Origin: Phaeosaccion multiseriatum
Taxonomy: Eukaryota > Protista > Ochrophyta, other classes
Assembly: GCA_965112735.1 (NCBI GenBank)
Contig: OZ218953.1
Span: forward strand, 496,001 to 560,000
DNA: 64,000 nucleotides
Direction of reading: 5' to 3'
Numbering within the stretch: the first letter of the stretch is position 1; the number at the start of each line of letters is the position of its first letter. Made by a program: the position numbers and the translations under genes. Positions 11,140-23,200 of this stretch are shown here, piece by piece. The notes under the pieces are model-generated. The model ran no database searches. It saw only the letters and a program-made list of their open reading frames with translations, and was not told the origin of the DNA.

Positions 11140-12877
11140 ATGAGTGGGGAGACGGGGGAGGCTACGCCTGGGGCAGGGACAGCGGCTCTGAGGACTGCGG
11201 CCAGCTTTTTCTCCACCAAAGCTCTGTGGGGGGTGTGCAAGGAGGTCGATGAGGTCACCACCCGCGCTCTGAGGATCAACGCCGAAATGCCCAAGGATGT
11301 CCAGCAGCGTATGCTGAGTCTGCTGAAGCGGCAGCAGGATGAGGAGGGGAGAAGCGCTGCTTTGGCTTCGCCTTCCGCGGCTGTGCGTACCGCCTCTGTA
11401 GCTGCACCTGCTGGCTGTGAGGGAAGATGTCCTGCCGAGGAAACGCGCGCGCGAGGATCGGGGAGGATTCGGGCGAGGCAGAAAGCGCAGCAGCAGCACG
11501 AGCGGCGTGGGAAGAGGCAGCGCAATGAGGCTGGACCTCCTGGTGAGGGGGGCTTCTTTCGCGTGGTGTCTGTGGAGCTCGGCCTCAGGACCTACGAAGA
11601 TTCGAAGGACAACGTCAAAGTTTCTGCTGACGAGGCTCTCGTAACGAAGGTACTGGCGCTGCTGCCAGCATCGGTCAGGTTTGTGCGCTTCTCTGAGTAT
11701 TTCAATCAGGCCGACGTATGTCTACCTGGCACAGTTATGGAAGTGGAATTCGGCTGGCAATTCAACAAACACATCAATCTCCCTGCCTCCCTGAAGAAGA
11801 TCAAGTTCTTGTGTTTGTACTCAGAGTTCAATCAGCAGTTGGTCCTTCCTTGTGGTGTGGAGGAGGTGGAGATGGGGCGTGACTTTAACCTGCCTCTGGA
11901 GCTGCCGGCCTCGCTGAAGAAGATCAAATTCGGCCATCGCTTCAATCAACACGTGGTCCTTCCTTGTGGTGTGGAGGAGGTGGAGATGGGGCGTGACTCC
12001 TCCCTCTGCTGGACTTGCCTACCTCGCTAAAGAAGATCAGTTTGCATGGGACTCGGACTTCAATCAGCAGTTGGTCCTTCCTTGTGGTGTGGAGAAGGTG
12101 GAGATGGACCGTAACTTTAACCTCCCTCTGGAGCTGCCGGCGTCGCTGAAGAAGATCAAGTTTATTATGTACTCGGAGTTCAATCAGCAGTTGGTCCTTC
12201 CCTGTGGTGTGAAGGAGGTGGAGATGGGGCGTGAGTTTAACCACCCTATGGAGCTGCCTGCCTCGCTGAAGAAGATCAAATTCGGCGATCGCTTCAATCA
12301 GCACGTGGTCCTTCCTTGTGGTGTGGAGGAGGTGGAGATGGGCTATGACATTAACCTCCCCCTGGAGCTGCCTGCCTCGCTGAAGAAGATCAAATTCAGC
12401 TATCTCTTCAATCAGCACGTGGTCCTTCCTTGTGGTGTGGAGGAGGTGGAGATGGGGCGTAACTTTAACCTCCCTCTGCTGGACTTGCCTACCTCGCTAA
12501 AGAAGATCACGTTTGCATGGGACTCGGAGTTCAATCAGCAGTTGGTCATTCCTTGTGGTGTGGAGAAGGTGGAGATGGGGCGTGACTTTAATTCCCCTCT
12601 GGAGCTGCCTGCCTCTCTGAAGAAGATCAAATTTCATGACAAATCGGAGTTCAATCAGCAGTTGGTCCTTCCCTGTGGTGTGGAGAGGGTGGAGATGGGG
12701 CGTGAGTTTAACCACCCTCTGGAGCTGCCTGCTTCTCTGCGGTATCTGATGCTGGGACGGAATTACACCTGCCCTATGGAGAGCCTGCCTGCTGGCCTGA
12801 GGGAGCTTTGGGTTGGGATCAAATGCCCGCTGCCTGCAGATCTACCCGAGGGGCTGGAGGTGATTCCTATGGATTGA
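11140..12877 (+). pseudogene. FNIP-repeat (LRR-like) protein gene, intronless, frameshifted at ~12000-12040
   Basis: About 18 FNxxL/LPxxL/KKIKF half-repeats across ORFs 10969..12030 and 11966..12877. Compared with the sister repeat at 12407-12530, the unit at 11941-12058 lacks TTAA (~12000) and one C (~12040). Confidence 0.85.
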
Positions 12878-13458
12878 TGATTGAGGGTTAGAGGGTCAGC
12901 CAGGATCTTAGCACTGCTGAGTGGGAGGTTCGCCTGCATTCTCTTCTCGAATCGGAGGAGGCCGTGCCGACGGCAGCAGATGGAGGAGGACGAGCACGAC
13001 CGACGAGAGCAGAAGAGGACCGATGTGGGTGGAGGGCAGAGCTTCGACCCCCTTCAGCGGAGGGGCTCTCAGCAGCAGGAGAAGAAAGGCCAGAGCCAGC
13101 AGCACCGGCGACCCTCCCGACGCGCAGCCCCAGCCTCATGTTCAGCGACGGCACTGCTTGGGTCAAGGGCAGGAGTCGCGGCCTCGATGCCCGATCCCCG
13201 AGACTCCCCCCTCCCGCCCCTCCTCCCTCTCCCGCTACGCCACTTGCGTAGGAGCTTGGTACGCGCCCACCGGGGGAGAGGGAGTATCGCCTCTGCCTGG
13301 TCCGGATGGAGATGAAGGTGTGCGATCATTTCATGCGCCAACCGCGTCACCCCTCCTGCTTCTCCTTGCGCTGTATAGGAAACACAAGGAGCTGCCATCC
13401 TGCTTCTCTCGAACTGACTTGCATGCTCGTATGCCTTTGTTTCTGTCCATGCTCCCAC

Positions 13459-13501
<43 letters not shown>

Positions 13502-14018
13502 AAGGAGGAAGGATTTCCAAGTCTGGGGGGAGGCAGAGCACGGGCGGGTCTCTCTTTCGTCTTGCCCTCCGCCGCCCCCCTGGAGCTCGGCCATGATCAA
13601 CGCGGCAAGGGGGGGTGTAACAGAGGCGCCCGCTGCCCGGCGAAGCTGCTTCTTTCCTCGCCCTCCTCCTTTTGGGTCGCCGCGCTCTTGGCACCTCAAC
13701 AGGGACTTGTCTCTCGGTGAGGGCAGAGCAGGGCAGGGCGGGGCGTTTGGGCATGGTAGGAGGGCTATCGTTGATACAGCGCAGTAGCAACTTGGTCTCA
13801 GAGGGGCAAAGAGGGAGAGGAGAAAGAATGGCCCCAGTGAGTGCCGAGCGACAGAGAGGAGCGTCAAAGAAGCGAGCGGCGCATCAGTCGCAGGGGGGCA
13901 GGGAAGCTCAGCAGCAGCGGAGCCGTGCAAGGACTCACAGTAGGGGGAGGCAGAGGTGGCAACTACCCCATCAATCAATCAAAGGCCTTTCGCTCTACAG
14001 CCTCAGCAGGCACAGAGT

Positions 14019-14459
14019 CAGCCCCATGCACGCCTAGCGGTTTTGCTCTAGGCCGCTAGACCGCTCGGCCTTCGGCCAATCTAGGCCTAGGCGGCCTCTA
14101 GTCCGCCTCTAGGCAGCCTCCCAGTGACCGTGGGCGCGTGCGTGGTGCCGCCCAGCCAGTGGGTAGCAGCACACCTGTAGGCCTGCGCTCCTCGTAGGGC
14201 CAGCGAGGCGGAAAGAGACAACACGAACCAAGTCTACTCCTCACTTCCAATCCCATGCAATGAAACTGACTACTCTTTGCACTCTGGGCACTGGCTGCCT
14301 CACACCGTCCGCCTAGTTGGTTGGCGTCTGCCCTAGGCCGCGCGGGCCTCCGGCCCGCCTAGGCCGTCTAGGCGGCGGCATATGAATAGGACGAGGGCCT
14401 ACGGCCCTCGCTAGCTAGGCCGGGCAATTTCCCCAAATAGGCCTAGGTTCATGGGGATG
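14019..14459. mobile_element. Non-autonomous TIR DNA element (MITE-like), 441 bp
   Basis: Imperfect TIRs CAGCCCCATGCAC / reverse complement CATCCCCATGAAC, with AGT on both flanks (14016-18, 14460-62). Dense subterminal (G)CCTAG(G) repeats at both ends. Confidence 0.7.
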
Positions 14460-14591
14460 AGTTGATGAGTTGCAGTTTTGGGGTTGCACAGTTACGCCGT
14501 CGCCGGAAAAAAAAGGGACAATTGATCATCGACAATTAGCAGCAGAGGAAGCAGCAGAACAACAGAACCCTCTCCCGACCTTCTCCTTATA

Positions 14592-17232
14592 ATGGGTATC
14601 AAGCGGAGATTCTCTTTGGCTGGCAGCAAGAGCGCACCAGATGGAATGGCGAGGGCATGGGCAAGAACAGCACCCGCTCGAGTATCATCCGCCGGGCCCT
14701 CCCCTTCTCTGGGCAGCAGTAGCGGCGTTATGAGCGTGACAGTGGTGGACGCAGTCGGGCTACCACAAGCGCGAGGGCAAGGGGCATACACGCTACGGAT
14801 AGAGATTCTGTGCGGGGGAAGCGGAATAAAGAGCAATCACCCTTCCCACCACTGTCTGACTTTTCGGGGAGGAGAGAGTCGAGAAGCGCGTGGCCCTCTG
14901 GCGGGCGACGCAAGGAGGATCTGCTGGGGCGATGGGGAAGAAGGCGCATATGCTTGCACCGCTATGCACTGGTCACTCTCTCAAGTCACAGTGCCCGCGG
15001 TGCGAATGACAGTCATGCTCGGAGAGCAGGGCCCCCTTGCCGTGGCTGTGCTCGAGCTGCCTGCTCTCGCGCTCCCTTCAGCTGGCTCTGGCTCGGAGAG
15101 AGGGACAACAGTATCCCTGCAGCTGCCTCTCGAAGAATCGCTTCCACGTCAAGTCTCGTCACGCGCCAACACTCGGCGGCAGGGCACGCCTTTTCTGACA
15201 GTCCTTGCCAGATTCGTACCCTACCCCACAGAGACACAAGCCGCCGCTGCTGCTCTATCGAGGCCCAGCAGCACGCCGCAGCTGTATCAAAGCCTGCCTC
15301 TTGCTGAGCAACCTCAGGAGGGGACGCTCTATCTCCAGGTAAGGCCCGTGGCGGCCTATGCGCCCCATGGCTGAGCCCCATGACTCAACCCTTCCACCAC
15401 CTCTGTGTAACCCTTCATAATACTGGACCTACTGCTCCTCAAGGTTCTGGGCCTGCGTAAGCTGCGGAGAGGCGTCCGAGTCACGCTGCCGCACGTCTCC
15501 TTCAAAGTCGTGTGCCGAGAGCACACAGAAGGAGTCGCCACGGTTGCAATGGTCAAGGCAGCACCAGCGGCAGCAGCGGTCGCAGCAGGGGGGGGGGGCT
15601 GGGGAAAGACCACCATCATCACCAGCGGCAGCGGCAGTCTCCGCCCGTCTTCCCGAACAGCGGCCGGAGGGGGGGGTGAGCAGTGGGTGGCTTGTACAGA
15701 GGACAGCGTAGCGGCCATCGCGCTGGGCAGGGCCAGTCGGGGGGGCGGTATGGTGAGCCGGCACGCACTTGTCAAGGTCTCGCTCTCCGATGGACCTCCC
15801 TCCGCCTCCGCGGCGTCTGAGCAAGGCGACCAAGGGACGGAGGAGGAGGAGGAGGAAGCAGCGGGCGGTGGTCGAGCCATCGGCTGCACCTCAATCGTGC
15901 TCGACGACGCGGTGCTGCGCTCGCTCCACCTTTCAGACCGATGGCTCCCCCTCCGGGCGCTGGCCGTGGGCGGGGGCGTGAGCGGGGGCCTGGGCATGAC
16001 TGCTGGGGAAGAGGAGGCTCACGCACACACACACGCACACGCCAAGGTAGGAGAGGTCAGGGTTCTGGTGCAGTTCGTGCCGGCGGAAGCGGGAGGAGTT
16101 AAAGATGGCCGAGACTTGGTGGCGGAGGAAGAGGAGGAGGGAGAAGGAGAAGGTGGTGGAGAAAGACGAGCAGGTTTCGGACATGATGAAGAAGACCACA
16201 GAGGGAGAGTCCCATCCAGCCCAGGACAAAGCAATGCACCTTCATCTGCTCCTGCCGTGAGACTTGCTCCGTCCTTGTCTGTACTGGTCCATCGAACGGC
16301 GGACGTCACGCACCCCTGCTTGCCTGCCCCGCAAGGCGGCCCGGGCGGGGGGGAGGCCGACCTGTTTGTGGAGGCCTTCCTCGTGGATACTGAGGATGAC
16401 CTGTCGCTGCGGCACGCGCCCAGAGTGGAGACGTGCCCTCTCCTCAGCAGTCCGTTCTACCCGTATGCTGGCGGGGGGGGAGGCGGCTCGAGGACTCAGG
16501 GAGGAGGTGGTGAGGCGGGCAGGGACCCTCTTGGTCACAGAGTAGTAGCAGGGGCTGCGGCGGAGAGGGGAGCAGAGACGCGGTCGTTTGGCACACAGTG
16601 GAGGCGAAGGAGCGAGGCGGAACCCTCTTGGGGGCAGGACGTGGAGCTGCCTCTTCCCCCCGGGATTGCGGCAATGGAGGGGAAGCAGGGGGGGGAGGTC
16701 GACGGAGGGATGCAGCGACGCTGCCCCCCCTCGAGGCCTCGGCTGCTCTTGCACCTCCTGCTGCGGAGCGCCGCGGTCAAGGCCCAGCCCGGAAACAGTG
16801 CCGACAATGGGAGTCATACGCGCAGTAGCAGCACTCGCAGTCGATCGGCGCTTCTTGTGGGGCAGGCCAAGATACCTCTTTCCTGGAACCTGGTGTTGGG
16901 ACAAGGAAGGGAGGGCGAGGGCAGCGAAGCCATGTGCTGTTGGTTCGCGCTGCGAGACCCGCTGTCCAAGGAGCAGAGCGGGAGGATCAAGGTGTCCATC
17001 TGCAGGCGGCGTTTGGCGATCCAGCGCCAGTTGGGATTCCATCAGCTGCAGCAGCAGCAGCAGCAGCAGCAGCGGGGGGCGGAGGCAGGAGGAGGAGAAA
17101 AGCGCCCCAGCAACAAGCGGCGCAGAAGAGAAGATGAAGAAGGGGGGGATGGCAGCAGACGCATAGCTGTGTGCGAGGGAGACGAGGCGCACGGCGAAAC
17201 GGGGTCCAAGCACAGCCTCCGGCGGCGACGCC

Positions 17233-17270
<38 letters not shown>

Positions 17271-20200
17271 TTGGCGGGGACGGGCATGTTCCTCATGAAC
17301 GTGGGGCCCGTCCTCGGCCACAGACAGAGCAGTCACATGGGCAGCAGCAGCAGCAGCAGCAGCGGCAGCAGCAGGTATAAGTGGGAGAGCGCCGGACCGG
17401 AAGAGATTTGTCTGACCGTGGAAGACGGCGCGAATACGGGTGCGGGTGTGGGCGCGTTCGGGGGCGGTAAGGGCCTGCCCAGCGGCAGAAGCAGGACAAC
17501 AGGAGGCAGCAGCAGCAGCAGCAGCAGCAGCAGGACAACGTGCAGCAGCAGCAGCAGCAGTATTATGGGCCGTAGTGGTCTCATGGACAGCAGTAACAGC
17601 AGGTTAGTCGTCGTCCTTTTGGGTGTCGAATGTGGGTGTGAGGTGTGTGTGGTGGCGAGGGGCAAACGCGACGCCTTTTCTGCAGGATTCGAGTTTCACT
17701 TTTTCATCTCTTATTGCATCGCTCTGTGTGAAAGTCGGAGTGGGCGGGTTGGGATGACTTGAGAGAACACCTCCACAACTCCTTCCTGCTCGCTTGTGGA
17801 AGCCCTTTCACCACTGTTCCACCATGTTCTCGCGCTCGCTGTCCCTGCGTGCCTCTATCGTCACTCTCCCTGCCTTCTTGCATGCGTGTCGATCGATCGG
17901 CCACAGCCAAGGCAACGATGAGGATGAGGAGGGTGATGGAGAGGGGGAGGAGGATGATGATGCCACCCTTTCCGCTCGTCCTCGCCTCACGACCGGAGCC
18001 TTTGGGCGGGCCCTGAAGGCCTTGAGAGAGGGTACAACCTCTCCCTACACCTTCTGCTCCTTCGCCCCTGCGTCAGTGTCAGGGTCAGGGTCAGGGTCAG
18101 GGTCAGGGTCAGTGTCGGGGTCGGGGTCGGGCTCAGTAGGACAAGTCCTCCTCGCGGCGCCTCCCCACGGCGCGGCCTGTCCCGTCCTAAGCTTGGAGCT
18201 CACAGTCAACAACCGCTGCCCCCCCGGGACTGCCCCATTACCCGCATCACCAACAGCACCAGCAGCGTCGTCGCCAACAGGGGCAGCACCGCCACCCTGC
18301 CCCTCCCCCTCCTTCTCCTCCTCCTGGGCGGGGCGTTTAGAGCTGCTCAGTGACGCCATCCAGGCTCCGGGAGAGGTGTTGCAAGAGTGGGTACACCTCA
18401 CTCCAACAGGGCCACCACGACGAGCACAGTCGTATGGGCAGGAGAAGCAGGCATATTGGCAGCAGCACGCGCCCGCGGCGGGGGATCCCGGAGCTGCCAC
18501 CCCTGGAGCTGCCCCCCCTGGAGCTGGCCTCGGTATTGCCAAGGTCAAGGCCCTGGTGGGGGTGCGGTATATACCCCACTCGTGCGGCAGCCTCGAGCTC
18601 AGGGTGAGGCGTCTAAGCTTCGTGCCACATCCCCAGGCACAGCTCAGGCGGCTCAGAGTGGCTTACACTGCGGCCCAAGGAGGGGCGGCATCTACTGCTA
18701 CACTTGGTGAGAACACTCACACGCGCACGCACACACACACACACACACGCACGCACACGCAACACACACCTCGCTGTTCTTGTATCACCAACTGCTTACT
18801 ACTACTACTACTGTTACAATCCCCACAGGCGGTGGAGAAGCCAGAGCGATGGCCAGTAAGTCAGTGTTTGTGCGTGTACAGCTCCTGCCGTGGGGCGCGT
18901 GGGGCACCACGGCTGCCACGGCAGTGCCCTTCCCCTCGCCCCTCAGCTGGGCCGCAGAGGGAGGCGGTGGGGCGAGGCAGCAGAAGGGCGAAGGGCGTAT
19001 GGGTGAGTCCGTATGGGGCGAAGAGCAAGGAAAAGTAAAGCTCTCCGTAGATACCTCTACACTACCCACGGCAGCGGCGGGGGAGGAAGAGGGCGAGGAG
19101 GAGGAGGAGGAGGAGTGGGGGGGGAGGAGGAGGGGGGATGAAGGGATGCCCCCCTCCTCCCGGCTCGTGGCTCCGTTCCTCCAAGTGGTGCTGATGGAGA
19201 ACAAGGTTCACGTCCCGGGTCAGAGCAACAGCGGTAGTGCGGCAGTTGGTGATACAAGGGGTGGCAACGTACTCGGTGTGGGCGTCGTCGCAGCGACAGA
19301 CTTGCTGTGTATGAGACCGCCTCAGCCTGGGCAAGAGGAGCAGGAGGGACAGGAGGGGAAGGAGCTTCAGCTCGAGATGGCACTCTATTCCCCGGACGAA
19401 GTCGACGCGCAGGGCTGGTGGCGTGGCATGAGAGCTCCAACTTCTTCTTCTGGCCCCAGTGGACCCTCTAGCCCCGTCGCGGTTCTGACATGCGGAATCT
19501 CCTACACACATCTGTATACACCTAAACCCGTCCTGGCACAGACAACCTCCCCCTCCCCACTTGTTCCGTCCACAATGTCAAAGTCGAAGTCCAAGTGGCC
19601 GGCTACTCTGTCGAGGTGCTCGACTAGTTTTTCGAGGAATGCCTTTGGGCAGGTGGTGGACAAGGGGAAGGTCGCTTCGCTCTCCAAGCTCAAGCAGCTC
19701 TTCTATCGCCTCGATAGGGACGGGAGTGGTGCCATCGCCCTTCCCGAACTGGTCTCCGCCTTTCAAGGAGGAGGAGGAGGGGGAGCATCCGAGTTGCTGC
19801 ACTTACTGTGTGGGCTTGGGGAGCAAGAGGAGGAGGAGGAGGAGGAGGAGGAGGAGGAGAAGGACGTAGAGGAGTATGGGCAGGGGTGGCGCAGGGAAGA
19901 CGGGGCAATCGGAGGGCGTGGGCACGAGAGGCACCACCGAGAGGGAGAGGAGAGGAGCCTGACGAGAAGGGTCGAAGCCATGTTCAGGCATATGGACACA
20001 GATCGAGACGGGCTCGTGTCGTGGGAGGAGTGGGTAAGCTTCCTGGAGGCCATGTTCTGGGCAAGGAGTGGTGGGAAGGCAGCCAATGGTGGTGGGATGG
20101 TAGCCAATGGTGGTTGTGGTGGTAGTGGTGGTGGAGGAGTGGGCGCGGTGGATGCGATCGATCTGTCCGATGTGAAGCGACGCGCACTGGACTTGTCCAC

Positions 20201-23200
20201 CGAGGCGCAGAGGCAAAAGCTAAGGCAGAGAGAGGAGCGGGAAGGACAGCAAGCGCAGCAGCAGCAGGAGGAGGACGACGAGGAGGAGGACGAGGGAAAG
20301 GAGGGTGGGGCCTGGGCCCGCGAATCTTCAGGTGCGGATTGGAGAATGACACTGTCTCGCTCAGCCACGAGGCTGACTACCGCCCGCAGCAGGCCGGGGC
20401 TGAGGTCGAGCGAGGAGCAGGGGGGGGCGCGGAGTTGGAGGGGGATGGCAGCTTCTTGTCCGAGCCTGCGAGTAGGGGGCGGTTCTCGACCTTCCTCAGC
20501 AGTGGGAGTGGCAGTGGGGGGGGGGCAGAGACGGAAGAGGCCTTCCTCGGCGCCTCGTCGGGAGGAGGTGGAAAGAAGGGAAGCCTCGAGAGTGGGTGGA
20601 TCTTCACGAGGAGGAGGAGGAGGAGGAGGAGGAGGAGGCCCGGGGGGGATCAAGTCGGCAGATCGGACCATTGCGGACCCCCGGGGGATCGACCCCCGGG
20701 GGGTGGGCCCGAGGGTGGACAGCGGCACCGACTGCACCAGCCTGGAGACGGAGGTGCTTCGGCTGCGGAAGGAAGTCCAATGCCTCAGGGAGGAGAGAAG
20801 ACTGGAGCGCGCGGAGGCGCGACAGGTGAGCTGATCAACATTCGATCGACAGTTGAACCTCTTTCTCTACCACCTATCTCCCTCCCTCCCTCCGTCCCTC
20901 CCTCCGTCCCTCCCTCCGTCCCTCCCTCCCTCCGTACCTCCCTCCCTCCCTCCCTCCCTCCCTCCCTCCCTCCCTCCCTCCCTCCCTCCCTCCCTCCCTC
21001 CCTCCCTCCCTCCCTCCCTCCCTCCCTCCCTCCCTCCCTCCCTCCCTCCCTCCCTCCCTCCCTCCCTCCCTCCCTCCCTCCCTCCCTCCCTCCCTCCCTC
21101 CCTCCCTCCCTCCCTCCCTCCCTCCCTCCCTCCCTCCCTCCCTCCCTCCCTCCCTCCCTCCCTCCCTCCCTCCCTCCCTCCCTCCCTCCCTCCCTCCCTC
21201 CCTCCCTCCCTCCCTCCCTCCCTCCCTCCCTCCCTCCCTCCCTCCCTCCCTCCCTCCCTCCCTCCCTCCCTCCCTCCCTCCCTCCCTCCCTCCCTCCCTC
21301 CCTCCCTCCCTCCCTCCCTCCCTCCCTCCCTCCCTCCCTCCCTCCCTCCCTCCCTCCCTCCCTCCCTCCCTCTCTCCCTCCCTCGCCCTCTCCCTCCCTG
21401 CCTGCCTGCCTCCCCCCTCAGCGAGAAGCTCGAAGCTCTCTCCAGGCCTCCTCCAAGCTCAAGCTCGCTGCTGCGGCCTTGTCAGCGGCGGGTCAAGCAG
21501 GCTTCCGAGTCGGCAGTGAGGCGCCCCTGGGGGGTACCGCAATGATCCAGGGGACTGCCACAATCACGTCATCAGCCTGTGCGGGCAGCGCCATCAGCGG
21601 AAAGGCAGCAAGTTCTCCTCCTGCCGCTGACGTCATGGAAGAGGTGAGTAAGTCAAGAGGGCGGGCAGGTGGGTGGGATGTGCAAGGCAGAGCTCAGCGT
21701 GCGTGTGTGTATGCAGAAAGCACGCCCTGGACTTAGACACGTCTCTTTTTCTTCTCTCTTGATCTTCCTTCCTTGTTCCAGAATAGAAGGCAAAGCAAAG
21801 CAAAGCAAAGATTATGAGCAGACCCTCCCCTCCCCCCCACTCACACGCCCCTCCCTTCGGTCTGCCTGGCCATTGGCTGCCATCCATCTGATCCATCGCA
21901 TGTTGTCTCTCTCCTATCAGGTGCTGCATCTACGCTCTGTCAACTCAATGCTCTCCGCACAAGCCACAAGGGCATGGGAGGAGCACAAGGGGGCAGTGGA
22001 GAGGTGCGTGGGGGGATGGCAGTGGACGGGGTAATATCTTCTTACACCCACAGGGCCAAGTCTTGACCCCCCTAGGCCCCTCTCTCTCCTCTCTCTCTCT
22101 CCTCCTTCTCTTTCTCTCTCCTCCCTCTCTCTCCTCTCTCTCTCCTCTCTCTCTATCTCCTCCCCCCCCTCCCCCATCCTTGAGAGCAGGGAGCGCAAGG
22201 CTCGAGAGGCCCTGCGAGAGGGACATGCCCAACGCCACGACGGGTCGGAGGCACAGCAGTTGGTGATACAGCAGCAAGAGGTGCGTCGCCATCCCTGGCA
22301 CTCGGACCAGCCCCATGGGCAGGACTCGGACTCCAGCGTTCTCCACACACCAACTGTTGCCCCATCCATAAGCGAGCTGCCGCCGCCGACATTCACCGCA
22401 CCACATCTACTGCCATCCCACCATCTACTACCACCGCCCATCCACTGCCATCCACTGTCACCCCCTCCCCCCTCCCCCTAGCAGCAGATCACGGCGCTGC
22501 GGATACAGCTCGCTGCCTCGGAGCAGCGCACCAAGGACTGTGTGTGCGTGGTGGGTGGGGAGGGAGCAGCCGCCGCCGCTGTGGCCGCCTTCAAATCGGC
22601 GGAGGGAGAGAAGCTGCTCCTCCGCTGCACCATAGCTATGAGCAAGGCCGATAGGTGTGTGTGTGTGTGCGTGTGTGCGTGTGTATGTGTGCATGTGTTT
22701 GTGGGCGTGCGTATGTGTGCGTGTGTATGTGGGCGTGTGTATGTGCGTGTGTTTGTGGGCGTGTGTATGTGTGTGCCTGTGTGCGTGCTGTGTGTGCCTG
22801 TGTGCGTGCGTGTTGTGTGTGCGTGCGTGAGTGTATGTTAGGGAGACGCGGGCGTTGAGCACACATCCCTCAATCAAACACTCGCACGCTCACATGCCCC
22901 CCACCCACCCCTCCTCCTTGGCGTGTTGTATCTTCGCTTGGACATGGCCTGTATCGTCCTCGCCAGATACAAGCAGCGTCTCCTGGAAGTGGATGACCAA
23001 CTCGTGTGCTCAGAGGCCAAGGGGGAGGCTCTGACGTGTAGACTCGAGGAGGCGTTGCGAAGGATACAGACCTTTGAGAGAGAGGTCAGTGCGGGGAAAG
23101 AGGGAGGGAGGAAGGGCGGGGAAGCCTGCCTACTCACGCACCCACCGCACCCACCCACTCACTCCTCCACCCACCCACCCACCTACCCACCCCACGCTAT

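Noticed and set aside
11827-12770. Regularly spaced repeats with variable inserts resembling a CRISPR array
   Set aside because: The units are 114-123-bp in-frame protein repeats (FNIP), the context is eukaryotic and no cas genes are present.
12881-14037. Several overlapping 100-290-aa ORFs
   Set aside because: GC-rich and low-complexity, with no recognisable domain or consistent splice chain.
20339-21736. ORFs with (SLPP)n
   Set aside because: Translation of an intronic (CCCT)n tract bounded by GT-AG.
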